From contig NC_134476.1 in assembly GCF_964194025.1 (NCBI RefSeq), positions 13,268,001 to 13,332,000 on the forward strand: a stretch of 64,000 nucleotides of DNA, given 5' to 3'. Position 1 is the stretch's first letter. Each line of letters starts with the position of its first letter. A program made the position numbers and the translations under genes. A model generated the notes under the pieces. That model was given only the letters and a program-made list of their open reading frames with translations. It had not been told where the DNA came from and made no database searches. Shown here one piece after another: positions 48,955 to 60,956 of the stretch. This DNA is from Convolutriloba macropyga. Lineage: Eukaryota.

Positions 48955-51900
48955 TTTTAAACTTCTTTACGCTGTCAAATAAAATTGATTTAAAATGAAT
49001 GGTATAGTTTATTTATATAGTGCGTGCATTGGCGTATTTTAATGTATTTTGTGGCTGTAAAAGCGCACGTGGCCCTTTTTTTAATGCATTGATGTACATT
49101 GAGAAAGAGAGTTTGAGAAAGCTTTTAAACAGAAACCTTAATTTGAAATGCACCAGAGACAACCGAGATGTATTTTTTTCTGGTTTTTTGGCTCTGATGT
49201 GGTAATTCATTGAAATCTTCGCATGATACTGAATAATGTTTAGCTCGCTTTTTTCTAGCTCTTATATAAAATTCGTTGAGATCTTGAGTGAAGGATAAAG
49301 AATTAAAACGTTTGACTATACAATTTTTTTTTTGCATTAACCGGATCTTAATCCCTCTAAATGTGTATTGCAAACATGAACTTGATCTTTAACTGGACAT
49401 TAAGCCAGATAGAAATCAGTCGTAGATGAAACTAGAAGCATATTTGGCAATAGTAACGAAAACATTGATAAAGTCACTTTTCAATCGAAAGAATGAGTCT
49501 TATTCAAGTTAGTCGTCATAGTAATAAAACAATTTTGAGTTCAACTCTTGCTCCAAAATCTTAAACAGTTCTAATAGCGTATCGAGAAATGCCTAGAAAA
49601 AAGCAATAGCAAAAAAGACAGACGAAATTCCAGCAAAATTTCTGCTATTTGAATCCAACGCGCCCAACATCGCCATTATAATGATACCACTGTCACCTTT
49701 CTGAACTTTTCGACAACGCACATCACGATTGGTTGGAACTAAATTTAAAAAAAAAATTCTCCCTCCTCCGGTGCGTCGCATCGCGTCAAATAAATACAAT
49801 GCTAACACATCAAAAACATCCAAACAGTTTTCAATAATTTGTATTCAGTTCTTCAATCGAATTGAATAGAAGCTGGTGTTACATAGCAGCCCGATTTTAC
49901 ATAGCTTATTTTGAAGACGGTTTTACATAGAAAACAACGATGCAGCCCATTCAGAAGTCTAGTAGTTACCTAAACGAATCACGAGGAAAAACACTGGAAA
50001 AAATCTCAGAAAAAATGAAACCAAACACGTAACCGACGAACGTCGGAAAAATTGATCTCAAACGATTTTTGGGAGCGCAAATTTTTTGCAGGTTGCTTCA
50101 GTCGGGGCGGGGGAAGGGTAACTAAATTCACAAAAAAAGGCTTCAAATGACGTCATTAGAGGTTATTATATATCTCTATAATCACCACCAGGGTTTAATG
50201 TAAATATGCCTCCAACTTCGACGCTTTTTGTTTGACTTTTAGTAATGAACCGCAACCACTTCAGTCGAGCTGCTTAAAATTAAAATAGATCAAAATGTAA
50301 ATTATCAAAAGCGCAAAAGTCAAGAATAATTGCCTGAAAATTCGTTCGAGAGCATTTAAAAACTAGAAAAGTTATAACTAATTTTTTTTCTCATCACAGG
50401 GTCACATAAATTCGAAAAAGGAAGATCATTTTGAAGAAAAAAAGACCGTAAAACTGGTCGCAAAACAAAGGGATGCCAAAATGGGCTAAGAAACCGGGTC
50501 TAAGATTATAGAAAGTACAAAAAAGTGCATTTTTTTCGCATTTCCCCTTTTTCTTTTTTTTTCAATTGTCATTTTTTTTTCAATTCCACAAAAAGGCATT
50601 TTAAAACAACAAAAAACAGTGAAACATTCAGCGAAAAGTGGCTAAAATTCGCCCAAATTTCAATAAAATAGTTGAAATACATTACAAAAAACCTACAAAC
50701 AACTTCCAAACAACTGTGGAAATAATCCAAAAATATAATCAAACTTCTAAACAAAAGAAATTAAAGAAATTTGTTTGAAAGAGCCGCATGTGAAAATAAA
50801 AACTTGGCTCGGTTACAGAAATTTTAAAGATTTCATTTTTCGAGCAGATAGAGCCATTTTCAAACTTCTTTACGCTGTCAAATAAAATCAATTTAAAATG
50901 AATGCTATAGTTTATTTGTATCGTGTGTGCATTGGCTTTTTTCAATGTATTTTGTGGCTGTAAAAGCGCATGTGGCCCCTTTATTAATGCATTGATGTAC
51001 TTTGAGAAAGAGAATAGAGAAAGTTTTTAAATAGCAACCTTAATTAGAGACAATCCAGATGTAATTTATTCTAGTTTTTTGTTTTCTGGTGTGGTAATTC
51101 CTTGAAACATTTTCGCATGATACTGAACAGTTATGTTTAGCTCGCTTTTGTAAGCTCTTATCTAAAATTCATTAAGCTCTTGAGTAAAGGATAAAGAAAT
51201 AAAACGTTAACTATATATTTTTTTTGTGTGAGCATCGTAAACCCTAGAAATGTGTATTGCAAACATCAATTTGATCTTTAACTGGACATTAGGCCGGATA
51301 GAAGTCAGTCGAAGATGAAACTAGAAGCATATATGTCAAGCGAAAACATCGAAATTGTCTCTTTTCAATCAATCGAAAGAACAAGTCTGATTCAAGTAAG
51401 AAGTAAGTCATAGTTAAAACCAGTTCTGAATTCTATTATTGCTCCATAATCTCAAAATATTGAAATAACGTATCGATAAATGCCCAGAAGCAATCGCAAT
51501 AAGGAAAGACGAAATTGCAAAGTTTTTGCTATATGAATTCTACGCGCTCAACATCGTCATTTTAATGATTCCACTTTCACATTTCTGAACTGTTTGACAA
51601 CGCATATCACGATTGGTTGGAACTAATTTTAAAAAAAAATTCACCAACCCGCCTTGAGTTGTATCGCGTCAAATAAATACAATGCTACCACATCAAAAAC
51701 ATCCAGAAAGTTTTAAATAAATTGTATTCAGTTTTTTCAACGAATTGAATAGAAGCTGGTGTTACATAGCAGCCCGGTTTTACATAACTTATTTTGAAGA
51801 CAGTTTTACATAGAAAACAAAGAAACAACCCATTCAGACGTCTAGTACCTACCTCAACGAATCACCAGAAAAAATACTGGAAAAAAATCTCATAAAAAAT

Positions 51901-52762
51901 GGAACCAAACACGTAATCAACTAACGTCGGTAAAATTGGTCTCAAATGATTTTTGGAGCGCAAATCTTTTGCAGCCTGCTTCAATGGGGGGGGGGGGTTG
52001 GGGTAACTTAATTCACTAAGAAAGGTTTCAAATGATGTCATTAGAGGTTATTATATACCTCCATAATCACTACCAAAGTTTAATGTAAAAATGCTTCCAA
52101 CTTTGGCGCTTTTCATTTGACTTTTTGTATTGAACAGCCACCACTTCAGTATAGCTGCTTAAATTTAAAATAGCTCAAAACGTAAAACATCAAAAGCGCA
52201 AAAATCACTCGAAAAATTAAAGGGTCAAGCGAAAATATTGTATTAAAACGACTAACACGTTAAGAAAATTGCCCGAAACCTCGTTTGTGAGCAACTAAAA
52301 ACTAGAAAAGAAATAAGTAAATTTTTTCGCATTACAGGGTCACATAAATTCAAAAGAGGAAAGATCATTTACAGAAAAGAGTGTGAAACCGGTCGCAAAA
52401 CAAAGGGATACCAAAATGGGCTAAGAAAACGGCTAAGATTATAGAAAGTACAAAAAAAGTGCATTTTTTCTCATTTTTCCTTTTTTTTTCATTTTTTTTC
52501 AATTCTCAATTTTTTCAATTCTACAGAAAGGCACTTTAAAGCAACAAAGAACAGTAAAAAAATTCAGCGAAAAATGGCTAAAATTCGTCAAAATTTCAAT
52601 AAAATAACTGAAATACATTACAAGAAACCTACAAACCACTTTCAAACAACACTGGAAATAATACAATATTATAATCAAAATTCTAAACCAGAGAAATTAA
52701 GGAAAATTGTTTGAAAGGGCCGCACGTGAACATGAAAACTTTGCTCGGTTATAGAAATTTTG
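48925..52762. repeat. Diverged tandem duplication, unit ~1.9 kb, covering the upstream region and start of the EF-hand gene
   Basis: GAGCCATTTT.AAACTTCTTTACGCTGTCAAATAAAAT near 48948 and 50851 (offset 1903); colinear to ~52762. Confidence 0.9.
50023..50360 (-). mobile_element. Diverged HINE family C copy (duplicated at ~51907-52300)
   Basis: CCGAC-GAAC-GTCGG hairpin with AATTGATCTCAAACGA; other end TTCGTTCGAGAGCATTTA. Confidence 0.55.
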
Positions 52763-54334
52763 AAATATTTTAACACCGCAATTTCTCGCCCACTTGGAAA
52801 CACCGCTTTGAACAAAAACCATTCTCTTTTCAACGCACTCAATAATTTTGTTCAGCTCCAAAGTCACTCTTAAATATTTTCATGCTTGTGATTTCTTGCT
52901 CCAAATTTCAATCCAATGTTAGTGATTAAAAATAAAAAACGACTTCTTCAATACCGTTCTTCAAGTCTCAAAAACACCAACACGCACACAAAGATAAACG
53001 AACACATATAGTTACACACATATACAGACAGAAGGAAACTATCACCGCAAAAATTATCACCATTGGTTTGACTGAAAGCATGAAGAGGTACAATTTTTTA
53101 AGATATATTGACTAGTTCTATTACAAAACAGAAGTGTAGTGAACGATTTTGTTCTTCGTAGCTTCGAAAACTCTCGTCCTTCTTTATTTTTTTGAGATGA
53201 ACTAATAAATAGAGTCAAAATGTGCAATGTGTTAGCTAATTATGGCAGAATTAAAGAGTTTCAATTCATTTGTGTTAGTTTTCAAGCTCCTTTTATGTTG
53301 CTATTCTCGCCAGTTTACATGTCAGAATTGCATAGTTGATTAGTCGTAGATGACGACGTCGGCAAAATGTAAACCGTTTTCCATAACGTCACTTTTGCAG
53401 TCTAGATCTGATGTCTTAGGAAGATTATTGACCAATTAGAAGTTTTGTTGAATTTTCTGTATCAACAACATGTCGATTCGCAAACCAATCGTAATAAACT
53501 TGATGCATTTTTATAATCGTTTTTTGAAGTGGTTGATATGTCGAAATGCTGTTTTGCTGATAATGAGGTTAATTCGAGTTTGAGTTTCACTTCATGCTTG
53601 ACAATCACCTACTAATAATAGTTACTAACTATGTTTGTTGACAAAGTGAAATTTTCTGGTCATCAATGTTTTATCGGAGCTTCATGTAAAGTATATTGAT
53701 CGAAAGCTAAAATGTTTATCAAAAAGAATTAGGCGCGGTTTTTTGCCATTTCGTCATATGTTTAAAGAAAATCAGTTTTTAAGATCGCAGCAGTAGCATT
53801 AAATATTGCTAGTCGTGCTATTCTACCTTCACTGCTTAATTTGGCCTTGTGCTTAGTTAGGAATCTGGGCCATAACAAAAAGTAAATGTACATTTCTGGA
53901 TTAAACAACACAAAGTTGGTTTCCTGATCTACACAACGCTACAAATTTACACCACCAACTGAATAAATACAATCAGTCATCTAAACTACACAGGGTTTGA
54001 GAGTTAAAAGAAAATGCAAAAATTATATCTACTGGTAAGACAAACTGAACCATATTTTTCAAAAAAATATTTCATATATTGAAACCAAAAATATTTGTGC
54101 GAAATCTCCGCTAAAGGGTGCAGAATATGAACAGCAGCCTGAAGTATACATAATTAACAAATTGCATCGAAGAGAATTTGGTGACATTGTTGCCGTTTCA
54201 AATTAGAGACGTTAAAAGTTAATACACAGAAAACACTAACAAAAACTGATAAAACACATATTATAGAATTCCTATACCTATAAATCAAACGTATCATAGA
54301 ATCATAAAACAACGAGCAGAACTTTTTCGAAATG

Positions 54335-55069
54335 CTAGCCAAACATTTCAACCTGAATTCTTCCACTCTTTTTCATTTTTCTGATCCGGTCCCGTGCCTG
54401 TTCAAACGTCAAGTTTATTCCCTGTCCAGACGATAGAATGGTAGCCAGAGCTTTCTCAATCGCCATACACGCAGCTGCTGAACCACATAAATAGACAAAC
54501 GCTTTCTTGTCGACCAACATCAAATATATTTTGTTTTGGTGGACCATCATCTCGTCCTGGACATATCGTTTTTCTTCGGGATTCACGCGGGAGAATGCAG
54601 GCACAAGGTCCGTAATCAATTGATTTCCTGCCAGTTTTGTCAATTCGTCTTGATATAAGAAGTCGTTTGGAGTCCTACAACCAAAGAACAACATTCGATC
54701 TACCTTTCCAGGTTCTTTGTTGTTGCTTAGAGCAACTATTTCTTCCCAAAACGACCGGAAAGGGGCAAGTCCGGAACCAACTGCAAACAACAAAAGTGGG
54801 GTGTTGAGGGTTAGACTGCAGCAGTCAACGTCTGGTAATCTAGCCGGGGCAACCTGGCCTGGAAGTCGGAAATGTGGGTTTGGGTTCACGAACAGTCGTA
54901 TCTCGGAAGAGGTTTTGACACCCTGTAGGAAGTTTGAGCAGAGACCCTTACGTTTGGTCTTGTCGGGGGTGAGGTACTCGGCCACACTTACAGTGATCTG
55001 GATTTTATTATGGTCTGTTCTGGGTGAAGATGAGATGGAATAGGGTCTGGGTTGCAAAACAGGGAGAAC
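54335..55069 (-). CDS. NOS: Nitric oxide synthase, exon 4 (FAD/NADPH FNR-like domain)
   Basis: Motifs LPVLQPRPYSISSSP, GLCSNFL, GSGLAPFRSFW, LFFGCR, AFSR, KRYVQD, VYLCGS; ends EMFG-stop. Acceptor ccttttAAG| at 55070. Confidence 0.95.
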   Translation of the reverse strand, partial: VLPVLQPRPYSISSSPRTDHNKIQITVSVAEYLTPDKTKRKGLCSNFLQGVKTSSEIRLFVNPNPHFRLPGQVAPARLPDVDCCSLTLNTPLLLFAVGSGLAPFRSFWEEIVALSNNKEPGKVDRMLFFGCRTPNDFLYQDELTKLAGNQLITDLVPAFSRVNPEEKRYVQDEMMVHQNKIYLMLVDKKAFVYLCGSAAACMAIEKALATILSSGQGINLTFEQARDRIRKMKKSGRIQVEMFG

Positions 55070-57520
55070 CTTAAAAGGAAACCCAGGTTGAGAGGGCAAC
55101 TGTTTGGAAGGCATATGAAATTGTCTAACTGAAATACCCGGACGACACTAATAAAAAAAGAAAAAAAGATCGGCCCATAGTATTTTCCCAAACCCATACC
55201 CAAACCGTCCGACTAAATCCTTTTCTTTTGTCGGCACCCCAAATAGCAAAATTTCGACATCAGTTTCTCCGCCCATAACTTCTAGCAATAGACAGGTATA
55301 TATTTGCATCAAATTCGGCAGTACAAATTCATCAACTATTTTTAAGACCACTGAAGTTTGGTGTAAAAATCAACTCTAAATACTTTAGTTGAGAGATTTT
55401 GTTGAGCTACCTCAAAAGTGGAACTTTATATGCAGAGATCAATATTCATAAAAGAAGCAATTGATTAGTCAAGTTTTTAATTTGATGTTCAACGGACAAA
55501 AATCAACGGTGAAAAAGCGCAAAACCAAAATTAAAATCTTGTTGAAGTTTTTACATTTGTATTTGGTATATCAATTCTAAAATCAGAAAAGCTTACGCAA
55601 TTTTTCAAAATTTATTGAAAGAACCATTTTCTGTCAGATATTGTTTTTTGCGACTTGTTGTGAACGTGCTTGGCAAGAGATTTTCGCTATTTACCCCAGA
55701 CCTTGAGTCTTGAAACCCCTATGACTACTGTTTTTGATATACAATTAGAGTCATTTTATGACCGTTTTCGATTTTTGAACAAAATAACAATAAAAATGTG
55801 AAATTGGACTCTGCAATTAGTATGTAATTGTAAAGTTATCCTTTTTATCAGGAAAATAAACCGGTGCTCTTTAGGCTAAGCTGCAAATGAGACGGTAGTT
55901 ATACACAATAAAGCACAAATATCAACTGCTGCGGCAATTGAAGAACGAAAATCTATTCCGACGACTCTTAAGTCAAAGTAAAGCACAAATGTTATGCTCA
56001 TGCTGCGACAGATCTGGAAAGATCTACGTTTTGACTTGATAAGTTATGGTACACTTCAAAAATAGAGAAAAGTTTTAATTGAAGTCCTATATGTTGGTAC
56101 TGATATAGAATTGCTGATCACTCTTTGTGGAGCTATTCAAAACAAATGCAATCTGTTGTCTATATCATAAAAGTATCGGAGATAGCAAATTAATTGATTG
56201 TAAGTTTAGATTACGTGACTCTGCTTGAAGTCACTGCGAACGTCAGACAACTATCAAGAACTGCGAAGCGGTTTAGGATGCGGTCAGAATTTCGAAGTGA
56301 CGTAGTGCCGAGTCAGGTCCCTAGTGAAGACCTAGTCTTATGATAAAACCCAATTAGTCTAGTATGGGTTCCATATAGACCAAAATTACACAGTCGAGGT
56401 TTTTAGTTAAAGTCCAGCAAAAGTCTTCCTGGGTCCAAATCTTTTCATATGAACTTATTGTCGAGCATGGTCTTTTCATGAGTCGAGCAAAGTTCTTTTC
56501 CTGAGTCTGCTTTATTACCAATTTGGACAACATGTATATATATTTTTAAATTGGATACTGAAATACTGAAGCAGCAATGGAGCATTGCACCATTGCAGTC
56601 CATATTGACACAGTTGAACACTGTTTGAAAACTGCCAAAGGTCTTGAGAAAATTTGTTCAGATAAAGCAGTTATCGCTGCTGGACTATATTGACTCAATA
56701 CCTCATTGAATGAAACTGAGTAGTTTAATGGTAATGACCTTCTTTCCACATTTTCTCTAGACATGACGAAAGTGGGTCGTTATTTTGTTGTTTTCCCTTC
56801 CAAGATATGGATTATCAGTTTTTTAAAAATGCATTTATTTTGACAGATTGACGGTTCTTCAGAACAGCAAAAGGTGAAGGAGCATACATGCCGACTGCAT
56901 TATAAGAAAAATTGTGCAGTAAAAATGCACCTAATATTTTTGAGGCAAACTGCAGACTCATGAAAAGAGTTTTTCTTGACCCATGATTTGACAATATTTT
57001 TGACCTGGTCAAAAAAGACCCATGAAAAGACTTTTTCTTGACTTATGATTAACTTCTGCTCGTCACAATTTTTACTCCTCAAAATTTCTGGTCGGAGAAA
57101 AGTCCAGAGACCAAGTTTGGCTGAGCAGAACTCCAGTTGAACTTTTTGGGTCAAGCAAACGCCTAGCGCTACAAAATTTGTCGACAAAAATGTCGAGGCG
57201 ATTAATAAAGTATAGCAAAGTTCTTTTCATAGATCTTTTGGGTCTAGCATGGTTTGCCAATTTTTGGCCGAGCATTGTCTTTTCATAGGTCACGGTCTAG
57301 ACTAGCGGTATTTTTGCTTAAAACACGCACGTTGGAAGCTTTAAGATGCTTCAAGTTAAACGCGAAGTTATCTTCTGACTACCTATATAGGAAATATAGC
57401 ACGCTTCTAATTCTACATCTAGCTTTAAATTGTTCTTAATATGGTGTTATAAATATTGTCGAATTTATTATCTACTTATTGCAAAAAAACAAACTGTGAT
57501 ATTATCAAACAGCAGTGTGC

Positions 57521-57672
57521 CTGAATAAGTTTGTCAAAAACAATTTGGATCGAAGGAAACTCATTGAGCGTCTCTAGCAGGGTCGGGAAGTTCTGAGCCC
57601 AATTCGAGTATGCCTCGGAGCTATTAACAAGTTCCTCGAGTCTCCTCTGTTCCTCACTGACAGATGCAAACC
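57521..57672 (-). CDS. NOS: Nitric oxide synthase, exon 3 (connecting domain; absent from the ORF track)
   Basis: Manual translation GFASVSEEQRRLEELVNSSEAYSNWAQNFPTLLETLNEFPSIQIVFDKLIQ matches the NOS E..RL..L...Y..W....PT..E.L.EFPS block. TAG acceptor is in phase with exon 2. The 3' end needs a GC donor. Confidence 0.88.
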
Positions 57673-58111
57673 CTATATGAAATTATCAATGAAGTCGATT
57701 CATTTATAGGGTAACTTTTTCCACCCCCCCCCCCCCCCCCAAGCTATTTGCTTGCAAAAATAATTCACAATAACCATCAAAAACAAACGATTCCTTGTAA
57801 ATCACGAAATATCACTACACGTTAAGGACAAACAGTCGGAACAGTCTCATATTAGCTTTAAAAGAAATTGGGCGCCTTAACTTGAAAAATGCTTAATTCT
57901 TAATTCTTGAATTTGTCGAGCAATTTTTGAGCCCAATAATTATTTGGGGTTCTTCTTGCGAAATTTTAGTTTCGTTACATTTGAAAGCTTTTACAAAGTA
58001 GATCAAACATGATCATCAAGGAACTTTCGTTTCAAACTGTCGCATGTTAACTAATTTCGTTAACGATTATTTCGAGTTAGAACTTTGTACTAGTGTCATA
58101 TCGAAAGTTAC

Positions 58112-59347
58112 CTGATAAAAAGTCCAACGCCGGCGGTCTCAAAGGCGACACTAAATCAAAGTATTGGGTTCCAAGGTCACGCAAAGTCCAGAAATTATTG
58201 TCAGATAACACAGACAGCGAGCATGCTTTGTCCAGATTTGGGTCCTCCGGTTTCATACCACATCTTTGAAGTAACTCCTCGAAATATTCTTTTGGGTTTT
58301 CTGGGAAAACATACACGTGATCGCCTGGTAAATAATGAACTTTCGAGTCTATTTCGAACTCAATTTGTCGAACGGAATGATCATTTTGGCTTCCAATGTC
58401 TCGTTTGATCAACTCCCTGTTCATAGTAACCGTTGCTACGTAGGGGTTGTCTTTGGTATAGGGTGCCATGTTTGGTTTGATCTCTGGAACTTTGTCGTAA
58501 AACTCGAGTTCAATTATCTTCAGTTTGCCGTCCAGATTTTCATCGTCATCTTGATCATCGATATCTGATGTGTCATTTGTAGGTTTGTCATTGTCAGTGT
58601 CCACAGGGAATAGTTTGTTCAAGGCTGAGATTGTTTCCGATTCCCATTTGCAATAAGATTTGTATTGGTTATCCAGGCCGTCGCATAATCCCAACGAAGC
58701 GATTCTGTGCGATCCAAGCTTATCCAAAGCCGAATCCAAGTTTATTCCGAACAAGCAGTAGTCCTCGTATGCCTTGGAACCAATTGCACAAACTGCATAT
58801 AAATAATGCTTCAATGAACCCCGTTGTTTGGATCCCGGTTCCGATTCCACTGCGCTCATTTTTTCCGCCATCCAATCTTCGGTTTCAAGCCCGTTACTCG
58901 GCGCATTACCACGACCAAAAGTCGAAGTTATAATGAATAGAATTGAGCTTTCTTGCTCAAACTGTTTGAAAATAAACTTGTCAAGTTCCACAAGCTTCGC
59001 TCTGTATCCTTCCTTGTAAAGACGTTTTGACATCTGCTTAGCATACGAAAATGCAGTTCCCGTAGTCGACGCATACAAAATTATGATCAAAGTCCGTTTG
59101 TTTAGTGTTTTGATAGCTAGCCCAAGTGGTGTCAACAAATTTTCCATCAGTTTCCATTGTTTGTTAGCCGCGAAGAGTGACTTTCTGCCTTGTTTTCTCT
59201 TGACTTTTTCAAAGTATGCCGTCCAGGGTTCATGCTGGTCAAGAACGCATGGTTTTACCAGGTAATTCATCATTTCCTGGTGGAAAGTCAAACTCATTCC
59301 CCCACTAATTGGGGGCACAATCCATACCCAATCACAAGGTGTGTTCC
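58112..59347 (-). CDS. NOS: Nitric oxide synthase, exon 2 (oxygenase end, putative CaM helix, FMN domain, start of FAD/connecting domain)
   Basis: Splicing restores RGNTPCDWVWIVPPISG...FHQEM. FMN motifs LYASTTGTA, TSTFGRGNAP, YAVCAIGSKAY; also YLPGDHVYVFPEN. Acceptor ttcaAG| at 59348, donor CAG|GTAACT at 58111. Confidence 0.95.
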
Positions 59348-60267
59348 CTTGAAGTGAAATAAATCAAAACTTGCGAAAAAACTTCAGAAACATTATTTTG
59401 TACATACAAAAATCTTTAATTTTCATTGTCTCAGAAACTCGGAAACAAAAAATTGATACATTGATGAATCATGTCAGTTATCTGGAGTATTTTAATCAAT
59501 TCTGTTTCTATTTTTCACAAACAAGTTAAGATTAGGGTAATAAGCGTGGGTGAAAATCAGTTAGATTGAACAAATTTCGTTTTTTTCTTTTATTCAATAT
59601 TGGATATACCCAAAACTAGGCTCAAATTTGAATTGTTGTAGCCATCGTTAATTTGAAAACCATAAGTGAATTAAATCAAAACGTAAGTGACTTGAGTGAT
59701 TTAATTTCTACGCGCTATGTTTTCCCACCATTACACTATCTAATAACTAAGATTGTATCAATTGGACCAAAATTAAAGAAAGTCTAAGTAGTGATTAATT
59801 TTAGAAATCCGCCTCAAAACTAAAGGTGGATTAAGAAGACAATTATCAGTTTCGCAATTATCCATAGCACTGTTCACAAAACGGTTCATTCTTTGAACTG
59901 GGTGTGATTTGATTAAAAATAAACTTCGCGCAATAAGGTATAAGACTAATTACATGCTCAAATTGGAATTGATTTACCTTCATTGTGAGTATTCAAAACA
60001 AAATGTGGTCTTTTTCATACAATAAATACCATAAATCCACTTTTTCAGAACCTGATTTACAACGTGAGAAATGGCTACGCGAAAAGAAAACCTGTTACGA
60101 AGCACTATCATTGGTTTCTACAGAACGCTAATTTTTGGTTTGTTCAGGGTCGATTTCAGTCTGGATGGACTGTTACCGTAACCCTGTACGCAATGCCGGT
60201 CAGTCTGATCAAAATCTGGCTAGGGCCACACAACGCACACGGGGTACTTTGTTTATGCTTTAAACTA

Positions 60268-60841
60268 CCCTAGTCGAGACCTGGAATTTATGAAAAGACA
60301 TATTAACTCCAGGGGGGGGGGGTAAATATTGAATTGAATTACGCGGTCGAGGACCCAGTTAAATTCGAGGCTAATTCTTTCCATAAGTCCAGCCAAATTC
60401 TTTTCATATGCAAAAATGAGGCAGATTAAAAAGTTCCGACAACACCTGGGTTCGATCTCGTGACCTTCTCCAATCTTACCCAATGCTTAACCAATTGAGC
60501 TACATGTTTATAACTTTGAAAGAAATTGAAAACAGGTCATTATAACGGTCGTGATCGTAATTCCAGGACATCACATTAGGTCCAGACAAATTCCAGAACA
60601 CCTTTATTGTCCAGCCAAATTCCAGAACACATTTATTTTCCAGCGAAATTCCAGGACGTATGTTTTAGTTCCAGCCAAACTCTAGGACGGTTGTTTTAGT
60701 TCCAGCCAAAGTCCAGGACATCACATTGGGTCCAGACAAATTCTTTTCATACCCAATATCTGTCGAGGACAGTCTTTTCAGCTTTTCATACCTTAAATCT
60801 GTCGAGGACGGTCTTTTAATAATTCCAGGTCTCGACTATGG
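60268..60841. mobile_element. MITE in NOS intron 1
   Basis: TIR CCCTAGTCGAGACCTGGAATT / AATTCCAGGTCTCGACTATGG, TA flanks, internal ~30-bp TCCAG tandem repeats. A related fragment lies at 42661-42775. Confidence 0.8.
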
Positions 60842-60956
60842 TATTTTTGCCTAAACTACCAAAAACAATACCTGCAATTGAAAGCTATGATCATAAGAAA
60901 ACTTGACTCGCAGGAATAAAAATTTCGCAAGTTTTGAATTCTCCGAGGTGTGTTAC

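Noticed and set aside
55070-55114. ATG start of the 259-aa reductase ORF
   Set aside because: Intronic; NOS similarity begins at the acceptor (55069).
60447-60504. Functional tRNA gene
   Set aside because: No complete cloverleaf or acceptor stem; treated as a tRNA-derived cassette within a MITE.
60560-60745. ~30-bp periodic repeats resembling a CRISPR array
   Set aside because: Degenerate tandem units without unique spacers, inside a MITE in a eukaryotic intron; no cas genes.
60856-60956. C-terminal part of the 430-aa ORF, suggesting a stand-alone bacterial-type NOS oxygenase
   Set aside because: Intron read-through; the conserved PCDWVW block continues in the next exon.
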